Source: the human T2T-CHM13v2.0 reference genome, Homo sapiens. Taken from it: 64,000 nt of DNA. How positions within the stretch are numbered: position 1 is the first letter of the stretch; each line of letters starts with the position of its first letter. The position numbers and the translations under genes were made by a program. Shown here one piece after another: positions 22,292-52,721 of this stretch. The notes under the pieces were generated by a model. That model made no database searches. It saw only the letters and a program-made list of their open reading frames with translations, and was not told the origin of the DNA. The stretch is from NCBI RefSeq assembly GCF_009914755.1, contig NC_060933.1, one strand, 5' to 3'.

Positions 22292-22595
22292 CTACAGTTA
22301 TGCCAGGTCTTTGGCATGCCTATTTCATTCTATATGGTGTCCTTATTTTGTACCAGCCAGAAAATATGTCTCCCATCCTCTTCCCAAAGAGCCTTATTCT
22401 TCTACAGATGGTTTGGCTGATTAGAGCAGCGGGATTATCTTAATGGTTACCTTGGAGATGGGCTGAGTCCAGGCTCAGCCACTAATTTGTTTCATAACCT
22501 TGGGCAAGTCAAGCCCCTCTCTGGTCCTCAGTCTCCGTGTTAAGTACAAGGATGGACTTAGACCAGATATTTCTCCCTTTCCCTCTGACCTGTAG

Positions 22596-22979
<384 letters not shown>

Positions 22980-23355
22980 TAGCTGAATGACCTTGGGCAA
23001 ATGACTTAGCTCTCTTGATGCTTACTATACTTGTATGGGGACAGCATCACCTATTTTACAGGTTGTCTGAATTAAATGAGCAAGTGTGCAGAGAGCCCCT
23101 GGTACAATGCCTGGGTCTTGGTGTTTACTGTGTGGTTGCCATTGTTACGGGATAACTAAATGAATGGCAAGCCACCTGCTCAATGGCCAGCGGGGAGTGT
23201 AGGCCACACTTCTGCTGTGGATTTTGCAGGATCCTCCACTGGGGACTGTGTCAGCCCTGCCCTAACTCTAAAGGACTCTGCCTGGCTCCACTAGGAGCCA
23301 GGTCTTTCCTAACTGTGGGTCTTTCCTTCCTGTGGGTCTTTCCTTCCTGTTTCAG

Positions 23356-23514
23356 GCACGAAGGCAGTTCCAGTCTCAGCTGGCTGACCTGCAGCAGCTC
23401 CCTGACATCCTGAAGATCACGGAGGCGAAGCTGGCTGAGTGCCAAGACCAACTGCAGGGCTATGAGCGGAAGAACATCGACCTCACAGCCATCATATCAG
23501 ACCTGCGCAGCCGG
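23356..23514 (+). CDS. ODF2: ODF2 coding exon shared by short and long isoforms, ARRQFQSQLADLQQLPDILKITEAKLAECQDQLQGYERKNIDLTAIISDLRSR
   Basis: ttcAG|GCA, CGG|GTAAGG; 159 nt; leucine-rich heptad pattern. Confidence 0.95.
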
Positions 23515-23577
23515 GTAAGGGACTGGCAGAAAGGGTCCCACGAACTGACCCGAGCAGGGGCCCGCATACCAAGATGA
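23515..23577 (+). CDS. ODF2: Read-through C-terminus of the short (sperm-tail) ODF2 isoform, VRDWQKGSHELTRAGARIPR*
   Basis: Frame stays open past the donor to TGA 23575-23577; AATAAA follows at 23661; matches the ODF2 C-terminus as I recall it. Confidence 0.9.
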   Translation, partial: VRDWQKGSHELTRAGARIPR

Positions 23578-23660
23578 GCTGCACGCCCCCCAAGGGAGGA
23601 CTACTTCCTTTTTCTTGGCTGCTGCTTTTTAAAAGGAGTGAGCTATCATCAGTGCTGTGA

Positions 23661-23666
23661 AATAAA
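23661..23666 (+). terminator. ODF2: Intronic polyadenylation signal for the short ODF2 isoform
   Basis: AATAAA 84 nt after the read-through stop, with GT-rich sequence downstream. Confidence 0.85.
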
Positions 23667-24886
23667 AGTCTGGTGTGCCAAATGCCATGTGTTTGCACAA
23701 AGTGATTGTAGTTATAGGAGCCGTCACTTGCGTGGAGTCACTGGGCCCTCCTGCTGTTGCCCCCACCCAAGACTGCTGCCTCTGCCTGTGTGCTCCGCAG
23801 CTGTCCTCAGCTCCACACCCACAGCTGGGAGATGCCAGCAGACACCGAGCCGTAGAATTTCTTTTTTTCTCTTGCTTTAGCTGCTTCTCCTGACTCTTTA
23901 ACAGATGCACTGCCTGAGATTCTGTCCTGAAAGAAGCAAGCATCCCTTTCTCCCAGAAGCAGTCTGTCTCTGGGTTACTGGAACCATGCCTACGGCCTGC
24001 AGTGTCCAAGAAATTATATACCACTCATTTGCAGCGTGACCTTGGGCAAGGCCCCTTTCCCACTCTTGACGTGTGTACTTGTGATAATTAGAAAAGGGGC
24101 TACCATTTTTTGAGCACCTCTTCTGTGTTCCTGCATTCTCTCATTTAATTCCATCAGGAACTCTGTGAGGTGCATGTGTTATTTTCCCCATTTTACAGAA
24201 AGCAGCCCAAGGCATAGAGAGGAGAAGTAATTCCCTACCATCACAGAGCTAGTACCTAGTAAGCAGGGATTGGAACCCAGCCAGCTCTGTCTGGTTCCCA
24301 AGCCCACATTCTCAGTACTGTAACCTTACATTGCCTGCCTTCTCCGTTGAACCTGAGCATTCTCAGGGACTTTGAGCCTTGATAGCTGAGGCTTCTGCAT
24401 AAAACAGCCCTCTGGGTAAATTCTCAAACTTGCCAACTCAAAAGGATTGACAGATTTCCTGTTGTCTTGCCTGCACTTGTCCCCAGTTAAGAGGAGGTTG
24501 AGATCAATAGTACCAGCAACATAACAGGTAAAGCTCTGTGGTTGGTTTGTATGGGCCAGTTAGCCCTGCCAGCTGTTTCTGCCTTCTCATGTCTGTCCTG
24601 GATCCTAGCTGGGTCTCTCTGAGTGGCCTCCCCTGATCGAGAAAGCATCTTTGTCATTCTTTAGCATCAAACCTGGTTTCTCCCAGTGTGGGGAGAGCCT
24701 TTTGTCTTTGGAGTTGGGCCTAACCTGTCCCTGCTGTCCTTTCTCCTCTAGGTTGTGCGTTGAGACTTGGACACCTGCTGAGGGCACTGTGCCCCTTTCC
24801 TGGGTGTGGACAACAGGTCATAGGGAAAGGGGAGGGCTCTAGCGGGAAATTCCTTTGTAAACCAGTCTGTGTTCCTGTCATTTTAG

Positions 24887-24987
24887 ATCGAACACCAGGG
24901 GGACAAGCTGGAGATGGCGAGAGAGAAACATCAGGCTTCCCAGAAGGAAAATAAACAGCTGAGTCTGAAGGTGGATGAACTGGAGAG
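24887..24987 (+). CDS. ODF2: Cenexin-specific exon IEHQGDKLEMAREKHQASQKENKQLSLKVDELE(R)
   Basis: tttAG|ATC, GAG|GTTAGA; 101 nt, ends phase 2. Confidence 0.92.
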
Positions 24988-25378
24988 GTTAGAGGCACTT
25001 GGTCCCATCTCTGTCCTCTTCCTAGGACCTGAGACTTTCAGCCACTTAGCTGTTTTTTGCTTAGTGTGCGGAAGTGTTGAGGGACTCGAGGCCCTGGAAG
25101 GTACTAGGCAGACCTCAGAGGAAAAGCTGCTTCCATTTCAGTGGTAAGCATTGTGGGAGAGAGCAAGGGGGCCTCTCAGCCTGGGGAGACACTCCATGAC
25201 AGCATGATCAGGATCTGCCCACCTGTAGGCACCACCTGTCCCAAAAGGCATGCCTGGTCCAGGCCTGCCAGGAGGGCCCAGTTTGAATGGAGCAGCCAGT
25301 ATACTGTGGTGGGGGCACTTCCCCACTCTTTTCTGCCCTTTCTTGCCAGTCACCCTTCCCAAGACCTTTCTGATCTGA

Positions 25379-25823
<445 letters not shown>

Positions 25824-26151
25824 TAGGCCTCCTAGAGTGCTGGGAGTACAGGCGGGAGCCACCACACCTGGCTGATAATAATCTTTTCATGGTGGTGGTG
25901 TGAGTCTTCAATGATATAATCCTGGTAAAGGTCCTAGCATGTTACCTGGCATAGAGAAGCGCTCAGTATAGCTTAGAACATGTTATTAGTTAGCTGGTAT
26001 TATCCCAGTTTTAAATATGAGGAAACTGAGCTTGGGGAGGAGTTAAGTGACTTTCCCAGCATCACACTGTTGGTACCTGGCAAAGCATGACTTAGACCCG
26101 TGACTGTCTTCCTCGAGAGCTTCTGTGAGCATCTCTAAGAGGTAGGCAAGA

Positions 26152-26611
<460 letters not shown>

Positions 26612-27258
26612 CTACAACCAAGTGGGCTCCTTCCAGGCTCCACCTCTGCTCTGCCCTGCCAGCCTTGGAAATGGCAGCTAGATCCCCCAGGCCCTGCAGA
26701 GCTCCTTAAATTGGAAGGCATCCTGGAAGTGCACTGAGGACAGTGTGTGTATATCGGGATGGCCATATTTGCCCTATGGCTGGTCACACAAGATGTTGAG
26801 TGGTGTAGCTGAAGTCCCTTTGCTGTGGGAGGCAGCAGTGAACAGCAGAAGTTGCAGGCTTAGGTTTTGGTTACAGACTTGCCAGCTGTGCTGACTTCAG
26901 GCCAATGAATTCCCCTCTCTGAGGCTCAGTTTCTTCATTTCTGAAGTGGGGATAATAATGGTACCATTTTTCTGAGCTGCAAGTTGCTGTGTTCCATGTG
27001 ATGCTATCCACACTTAACAAAGCCCACGGTCAGTCTCTGCGTTCCCACCCTTCACTCTGTTCTCTAACCAGTTGCTCCAGCTGCACAGTTCTTTGGTCGC
27101 CTTGCTGATCTGCAGATTTCTTTGGCTTACTCCTGTGGCTCCTTGGAGATTCTTGGCATGATGAGATCCCCAGTCCAGGAGAGGCTGGCAGCCCCCTGGC
27201 GGGGTGGAACATGACAGGTTGGGGTATGCCCAGGATCTGATTGAGTGCTTTCACCTAG

Positions 27259-27421
27259 GAAACTGGAGGCGACCAGTGCCCAGAATATCGAGTTCCTACA
27301 GGTGATTGCCAAGAGGGAGGAGGCAATCCACCAGTCCCAGCTGCGGCTGGAGGAGAAAACACGGGAATGTGGGACCCTGGCAAGGCAGTTGGAGAGTGCC
27401 ATTGAAGATGCGAGGAGGCAG
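27259..27421 (+). CDS. ODF2: Cenexin-specific exon KLEATSAQNIEFLQVIAKREEAIHQSQLRLEEKTRECGTLARQLESAIEDARRQ
   Basis: cctAG|G, CAG|GTCAGT; 163 nt, phase 2 to 0. Confidence 0.93.
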
Positions 27422-27846
27422 GTCAGTCCCGATTTCATGAATGACTAGCTCTGTGACCTTGGGCAAATCACCTAAACTCTCAGCTTATTTCTCCATCTGA
27501 AAAATGGGCACACAGTAGTACCCGCTTCATGAATTAGTTGTAAGGATCACATTTTCATCGTAGAGGGCTCAGCACTTGATATCTGATGATTGCTCATTTA
27601 CTCACTACCCTCTTGAGCCTCACATAGGCTTACCACATCTTAGGTGGTGACTCCTGGAGCACTGGCAAAGCTGGGTGGCAGGCATAGTCCCCATAGTTAG
27701 TTCCTGCCCCAGCGTTCTAGAGAACACAGTCCACAATGATGTGCAAGTGCTGTCTGCAAGACCAGATAGTGGGCCCAGCCTTCTCTTTGCCAAGTGTTCC
27801 CCATGTCCGGTAAACCAGTCTCATGTCTGGGCCTTTGAATGTGCAG

Positions 27847-27972
27847 GTGGAACAAACCAAGGAGCACGCACTCTCCAAGGAGCGAGCAGCCCAGAACAAA
27901 ATCCTGGACCTTGAGACCCAGCTGAGCAGAACCAAAACGGAATTGAGCCAGCTGCGGCGGAGCCGTGATGAT
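27847..27972 (+). CDS. ODF2: Cenexin-specific exon VEQTKEHALSKERAAQNKILDLETQLSRTKTELSQLRRSRDD
   Basis: tgcAG|GTG, GAT|GTGAGT; 126 nt. Confidence 0.93.
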
Positions 27973-28912
27973 GTGAGTCAGGCTGGTGGGCCGGGCTAGG
28001 AGAGTGGGCAGCAGACCTAGCTTCTGTGGGGCCTGTGGGCCAAGGTGTTTTGTTGTTACTGTTTTTGTGAATATGACATGGTTTTATTTTTCTCCAATCA
28101 CTTTCTATCCCTTAAGGATATCCTGGGTAGATATTTATTTATTTATTTAGAGACGGAGTCTCCCTGTGTCACCCAGGCTGGAATGCAGTGGTACGATCTC
28201 AGCTCACTGCAACCTCTGCCTCCTGGTTTCATATGATCCCCACCCCACCCTCAGCCTCCCAAGTAGCTGGGATTACAAGTATGTGCCACCATCCCTGGCT
28301 ACTTTTTTGTGTGTATTTTTAGTAGAGATGGGGTTTCGCCATGTTGGCCAGGCTGGTCTTCAACTCGTGATCTCAAATGATCTGCCCATCATGGCCTCCC
28401 AAAGTGCTGGGATTACAGGTGTGAGCCACTGCACCCAGACTCACGTTTTGTTTTGTTTTGTTTTGTTTTGTTTTAGACAGAGTTTCATTCTGTCACCCAG
28501 GCTACAGTGCAGTGGTGCTGTCATAGCTCACTGCAGCTTCAAACTCCTGGGGTCAAGTAGTCCTCCCACCCCAGCCTCCTGAGCAGCTAGGACTACAGGC
28601 GCACACCATCACACCCAGCTAATTTTTGTATTTTTTGTAGAGATAGAGTCTCACTATGTTGCCCATGCTGGTCTTGAACTCCTAGGCTCCAGTGATCATT
28701 CCGTCCTGACCTCCCGAAGTGTTGGGATTATAGGCATGAGCCACTGTGCCTGGTCTTAGAATATTTTCAGAAAGAAACCCCATACCCATTAGAAGTCACT
28801 CCACACTCGCCTCCCCAAACCTCCTGGCAACTCCTAAGAAAGTCCCTATGTCTCTATGGATTTCTATTTTGGACACTGCACAGCGGGCCCATGCTCTGTT
28901 TCTCCTCGTTAG

Positions 28913-29101
28913 GCGGACCGCCGCTACCAGAGCCGGCTGCAAGACCTGAAAGATCGCCTGGAGCAGTCCGAGAGCACCAACCGCAGCATGCAGAACTACG
29001 TCCAGTTCCTCAAATCATCATACGCCAACGTGTTTGGGGATGGTCCCTATTCCACCTTCCTGACTAGCTCTCCCATCCGCTCCCGATCTCCTCCTGCCTG
29101 A
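28913..29101 (+). CDS. ODF2: Cenexin last coding exon ADRRYQSRLQDLKDRLEQSESTNRSMQNYVQFLKSSYANVFGDGPYSTFLTSSPIRSRSPPA*
   Basis: gttAG|GCG; TGA at 29099-29101; S-S-P at 29066-29074 is the known PLK1 polo-box docking motif of cenexin. Confidence 0.95.
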   Translation, partial: ADRRYQSRLQDLKDRLEQSESTNRSMQNYVQFLKSSYANVFGDGPYSTFLTSSPIRSRSPPA

Positions 29102-30150
29102 GGCCACTTATCAGGGCCTGGAGCCCTGATGGAAGCCATAGGAACTCCAGAGTTGCCAAGCCATAGCTGAGAAGCCTGGTGGTTTTCCTCTCCCAGTGAA
29201 AAAATGGGTTCAGGGTCTTGTCCTTAGCTACTAGCTCTAGAAAAGTCCCAAAAGCAGCAGAAGGTGAAGCAGGAAGCACTTGGTTTTCTCCTTCCTGATA
29301 TAGTCACCTGTTGGAAGTGTTAAAATTTCCTCGACAGGCCTTAAATTTACTACTACATTAGGGTACCACATTTTAACTTACCATGACTTTGCTCCTTCCT
29401 TTCCTGAGAAAATATTTCCACTGGATTTTTTCCACCAGTCCCCTTACAGCCCTCATTGTTTTAGGAATCTCTCTCAGGTTTTTTTCTGACCTAAACCAGC
29501 AGGAAGTCGTCCTGGGCTGTAAGCACCATCACTTGCTTTTTTTTTTTTTCTGATTTCACAAGTGTGGTGTTTTCCCAAGGCTCCCTTCCCAAGCTCAGTG
29601 CAAACCTCTCACTCCCAAGTTTCTTTGAGGCCACTTGCCCCCAAGCACTTCACAATAGACCCTCGAGGGCTTGTGTCCATTTGGCCTTTTACAAGTGTAA
29701 TGCCAATTTCATTGATTTTTGTTTCTTTTGGCCTGATTTGTATCTCTGGAATGCATTTATTCTTGAAATATTTGTGTGATTTTACAAAAAGCTTTTGTAA
29801 TCAGTTATTTAAGGCTCCATTTGATGATTTCCTTTACCCAACCAGTCCTCATCCCTCCTCTAAAAAATGATTAAGTAAAATGCTGCAGGACAGCCAGTAG
29901 ACATTTTTAAAGTACTTGGTGCCTGAAACATCAGGCTTCTCATTTCATTTTAGCTCAGGTTGGTGCTTTCACATTGTAATCAATGAACTGTCAGGAGGGA
30001 ACAAACTGTAAGAAGGACTGCTTGGTGTTTTAGGGTAGATCACTTTAGCTATTAGGAAGAGGATGGGGTAGTGTACAGTATATATTTTTAAAATGTGAAT
30101 TGGTTTCTGAATAAGAATCTGGGCCATTTTTGTTCACCATTTTTGTTCGT
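29102..30150 (+). other. ODF2: Probable cenexin 3' UTR (end approximate)
   Basis: Unique, repeat-free, increasingly T-rich sequence after the stop; I found only variant hexamers (AATAGA 29654, AGTAAA 29874, AATAAG 30110). Confidence 0.55.
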
Positions 30151-30269
30151 ACTGTGCTAACCTCTGCCCTTCTGATTCTAGCTAGTATTGGCCTGGGTGG
30201 TCCAGTCTTCTCACCTCTCAGCCACTCTGACTCAACTCTAGAGAATTTCTTCTCTGTTCTTTTTTCTTC

Positions 30270-32400
<2,131 letters not shown>

Positions 32401-32420
32401 ATTCCATTATATAGATGTGG

Positions 32421-33098
<678 letters not shown>

Positions 33099-33399
33099 TA
33101 GTACTATATTTTATTTATCCATTCACCAATGGATGGACGTTTGGGTTGCTTTCACTTTTTGGCTATTATGAATAACACTGCTGTGAACATTCATGGACAA
33201 GTTTTTATATATACATAGGTTTCATTTCTTTGGCGTATTTTATATATATATATATATTTACCTAGGAGAATTGCTGGGTCAAATGGTAATTGTTTAACCT
33301 TTTGAGGAACTGCCAGACTGTCTTCCACAGCAGGTGCTTCATTTTACAGTCCCATGAGCAGTGTATGAGGGTTCCAGTTTCTGCACAGTCTCAAGGCAC

Positions 33400-34070
<671 letters not shown>

Positions 34071-34369
34071 TAACTTACTGTATGTCTCATGTGCTGGGAG
34101 CTCTAGAGTTTGCGACGAACGATTGACACGACCTAATCCATTGCTACTAGTGAAATGACCAAATTTTTAGATTGATTTGGCAGACCTGGAAAGTGAATGG
34201 GGGCGTGGTCACCGTACCTAGCATTTGCAAAGCTCTGCGCGAGAAGTGGAGGGATGTGGAGAGTTAAGGCCGAGCTCCCATTCCCGAGTCGCTGCTAGTT
34301 AGCTACAGATAAGGCGTTGTCCTGCATCCTCAGACTTCTTGGGAAACAATCCTAAAGTATTTCCCTGTC

Positions 34370-37270
<2,901 letters not shown>

Positions 37271-37297
37271 AATTAATTTTAAAAATGAAAAAATATA

Positions 37298-37400
37298 TAC
37301 ATCTAGGTTTGTGTAAGGATGCTTTACGATACTCGCACAATGACAAGATCACCTAACCCTGTGTTTCTCAGAACTTACCCCCATTGTTAAGTGACTGACA
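37298..37400 (+). mobile_element. Tigger3-like terminal fragment
   Basis: catctaggtttgtgtaag…tttctcagaac…cccattgttaag resembles remembered Tigger3 end. Confidence 0.55.
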
Positions 37401-37735
37401 TTCTACTGATTGTGTATACAGTAGCTTACTTCAGAATTCCTCGTGTTCTGTTCAGTGCTTTAGATTGCTTTCACATATGCTTTAGTGGGAATCTTTGTGC
37501 ATTGTCCCTTTTTCTGTAGTTAGGGTTATTTAGTCTGATTTTCATTAGAAGGATAGTAGTCTAGGTCATTATCAAGAAACCACTGTACTTTGTTTTCATC
37601 TGATTGTTAATACATTACTTTGGGTCTTTGATGTTTATTTATTTAGGCCTTCTTAGATGTTCAGTAAGGCATGTAGTGGATTATACTGAGAACAGTTGAC
37701 GTGTAAGTTGAGCTTAACCCTATTCTTTTCTCTAG

Positions 37736-37966
<231 letters not shown>

Positions 37967-38388
37967 TGATCAGCTTAAGACAAAAGACATGGTGGCTGCA
38001 AAGTCAAAATGTTTAATATTGTCATATGACAGTGACCATACCCTAGGGGAAATAATGATTGCTCATTGTTGTAGCTGTTGTAGAGACAATGTTGACAGCA
38101 CCATTCAGTGTTCTCTTTAGACAGATCCAGAGGGAGAAAAATCCCCTCTATTCTTAGTACCGAGAATAGTATAACTAATTTCATGAGCAATTGGATTTTT
38201 TTTTTTTTCTGATGAACGCTGCGTCTGTTTAACTGATATGGTCTCCCTTTTTGTGTTATCTGCTGGAAGAAGGCTTAGAGTGAAATGTATACCTTCTCTT
38301 TAAGTTTACATGCCTTCTCTCATTGGTTCTGTAGGAGATTTTACCCTATTCCTGGCTCTGTTTTGTCCCTGCCTCTGTTTTTTTGTTA

Positions 38389-48830
<10,442 letters not shown>

Positions 48831-48846
48831 GGGCACCCGTGGCTTA

Positions 48847-49412
<566 letters not shown>

Positions 49413-51232
49413 TTAGCCGGTAGCTCCGTTTTCAGCCTGATGAGGCCCACCTATATGAGTCGTGGCATTTCCCAGTCTTGAGACTCTGCAGTTCGGCTGG
49501 TAGATTGGCTTTCTGCTCCCGTGAGGCATCGTCTGCTTCTCACACACATCGTGTGTGTGTGTGTGTATCCTTGGGTTTTCTCAGCTCTGCTCTATCATTT
49601 ATTGCTTCTCCACTATTTTTTTTTTTTTAAAGACAGGGTCTCGCTCCGTTGCTCAGGCTGGAATACAGTGGTGCAATCACCGCTCCTTGCAGCCTTGACC
49701 TCCTGGGTTCAGGCATTCCTCCTACCTCAGCTCTTTCTGCTTTCTAAATAACTGGGACTGCAGGTGTGCACCACCACAGCCAGATAATTTTTAAATTTTT
49801 GGTAGAGACGGGGGTCTCTCTGTTGCCCAGGCTGGTCTCGAACTCCTGGGCTCAAGTGATCCTCCCACTTTGGCCTCCTCAAGTGCTGGGATTACAGATC
49901 TCAGCCAGTGCACCTGGCTATTTCTCCACTGACTGTTTTCCAGAAGTATGTAGAAGATTTTTCCCTGCTGGTGACATCTCTCATGCTCTATGTGGTGTTA
50001 TGTCTTTTTTTTCTTTCCAATTCTCACTTTAACAGAGTCCCAGAGGAGAGGACATATATGCTTGTTTAGTTTGCCTTCTTTCGCTGGAAGCTTTAAAATA
50101 AGTTTTAAGACTGGGTACAGTTGGCTTATGCCTATAATCCCAGCAGTTTGGGAGGCCAAAGTGGGAGGATAGCTTGAGATCGGGAGCTCTAGACCATCCT
50201 GGGCAATATAGTGAGACCCTGACTCTATAAAAAATTTAAAAATTAGCCCCGTGTGATAGTGGACACCTTTAGTCCCAGCTACTCAGGTGGCTGAGTTGGG
50301 ATGATCCCTTGAGCTCAGGAGTTCAAGGCTGCCGTGAGCTATAAGTGTGCCACTGCACTCTAGCCTACATGACAGGGTGAGACCCTGTCTCAAAAATAAA
50401 CAAATAAACAAAATAAAATATAATTATGTTTTAAAATAAAATAACATAATGTCTTAACAGTAGATTTTGACATATCTCCATGCTAGCTGGCATCTCGTCA
50501 TCTTTAAGGGCTGCATAGTATTCTGCAGTATGACTGTACTATAATACGTGTCGTCATTCCCCAGTTAAGTGGTTTTAAATGTATTGCTGTTATCAACAGG
50601 GCTCCAGTGAGCATTCTTGTACATATATCTTTGCACACACATACAAGCATTTCCTCAGGATAAATTCCTGAAATGGAACAAGTGTCAAAGGATATAGACA
50701 CTTCAAATTTTGATAGTTAAAATGTCAAATTGCCTTTAACCATATGTGAGTACTCTCATGAAATGATAAATTCAATATCTGATACCCTTAGGTACTAAGG
50801 AAAAGGACTTTCCTTAGTGGAGGTCCAGGAGAAAATCTTCGAGGCAGAGATTAACAAAATCAGTGAGATAGGAATGTGTATAGCTTGTTTATGGAATTAG
50901 AATGAGGATTTCCGTAAATTACCAATGAACCCCATAAGACTACACAGGATGGAAGCTTAATAGTGCATGGCTGTTTGATGTCATGTTGCTAAATTCCTGT
51001 CCGTTCCCAACTTGTACTGGAGTGACATAAACCATATGGGGCAATTGGAAGAGCTTTCCAAAACAGCTGAGCTTAAAGATCAAGCAAAAGGAGAAAGGAT
51101 ATTCCTGCAAAGGTTCTGATTCCATGCCCTTAAGTATCTCTGATGGTGTTAGGGGCCGATGGGCAGGTAGCCCGCAGGGGTAAATGATCAAGGTGTTGAA
51201 GGCGCTCCAGAGAGCAGGTGTTAAACATTTTC

Positions 51233-51674
<442 letters not shown>

Positions 51675-52136
51675 TGAGTCTCCCTGAATTATGACTGGGA
51701 ATGTTGATGTGTTCAACTGGAACTCTTTCCCAAGAGGAATTCCAAAGGGAAAGAGTTGAACAACTTCTGAGTCCTTAAATATCAAGGTAAAATAGGCAGA
51801 GAATTTTATAACCTGGAAAAAAGACCAAACTTGGAGAGACAACCAAAGGAACACAAAGAGGGAGGCTTTTAGGAGAGGTAAAACAATTTTACGGGCGTGG
51901 TGGAACACAGCTGTAGTCTCAATTACTAGAGAGGCTGAGGCAGGAGGATTGCTTGAGTCCAGGAGTTTGAGGCTGTGGTGAGCTATGCTCTGCAGCCTGG
52001 GCAACATAACGAGACCCCATCTCTAAGAAAAAGGGAAGGAAGGGAAGGGAGGGCAGGGAGAGGGAGAGAAAAGAAAGAAAGAAAAACAATTTCAGGAAGT
52101 ATCCCTGACTATTCCTCCCTGCCATTTTTCATGCAG

Positions 52137-52197
52137 CTCCAGAGAAGCCTTGGGACACCAAGAGAAGCTAAAAGCTGAGCACCGTCACAGAGCAAAG
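52137..52197 (+). CDS. GLE1: GLE1 exon 5 [20 protein letters not shown]
   Basis: tgcAG|C, AAG|GTCAGA; 61 nt, phase 2 to 0. Confidence 0.93.
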
Positions 52198-52394
52198 GTC
52201 AGAGCCTGGCAGAATTGGTGTGGGTGTTTTGGTGTCTGTCTGTAACCTGCCTGGAGAGCCAGGTTTTGGCAGATGGCCACCATGGAGGATCTGGGCCGTA
52301 TTATGCCTGTGTATGACTAACCTTGGGATGTCCTCTTCCTGCTCTGAGCCCATCTGTGAAAATATGTAGCCCACGTAGAATTTGAGGACTGTAG

Positions 52395-52721
<327 letters not shown>

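Noticed and set aside
29782-29800. TTACAAAA-AGC-TTTTGTAA hairpin in the cenexin 3' UTR
   Set aside because: 8-bp AT-rich stem, too weak to support a structured element without conservation data.
52025-52086. Polypurine, G4-like tract upstream of GLE1 exon 5
   Set aside because: Degenerate tail of an Alu monomer; exon 5 has a normal branch motif (CTGAC) and pyrimidine tract downstream of it.
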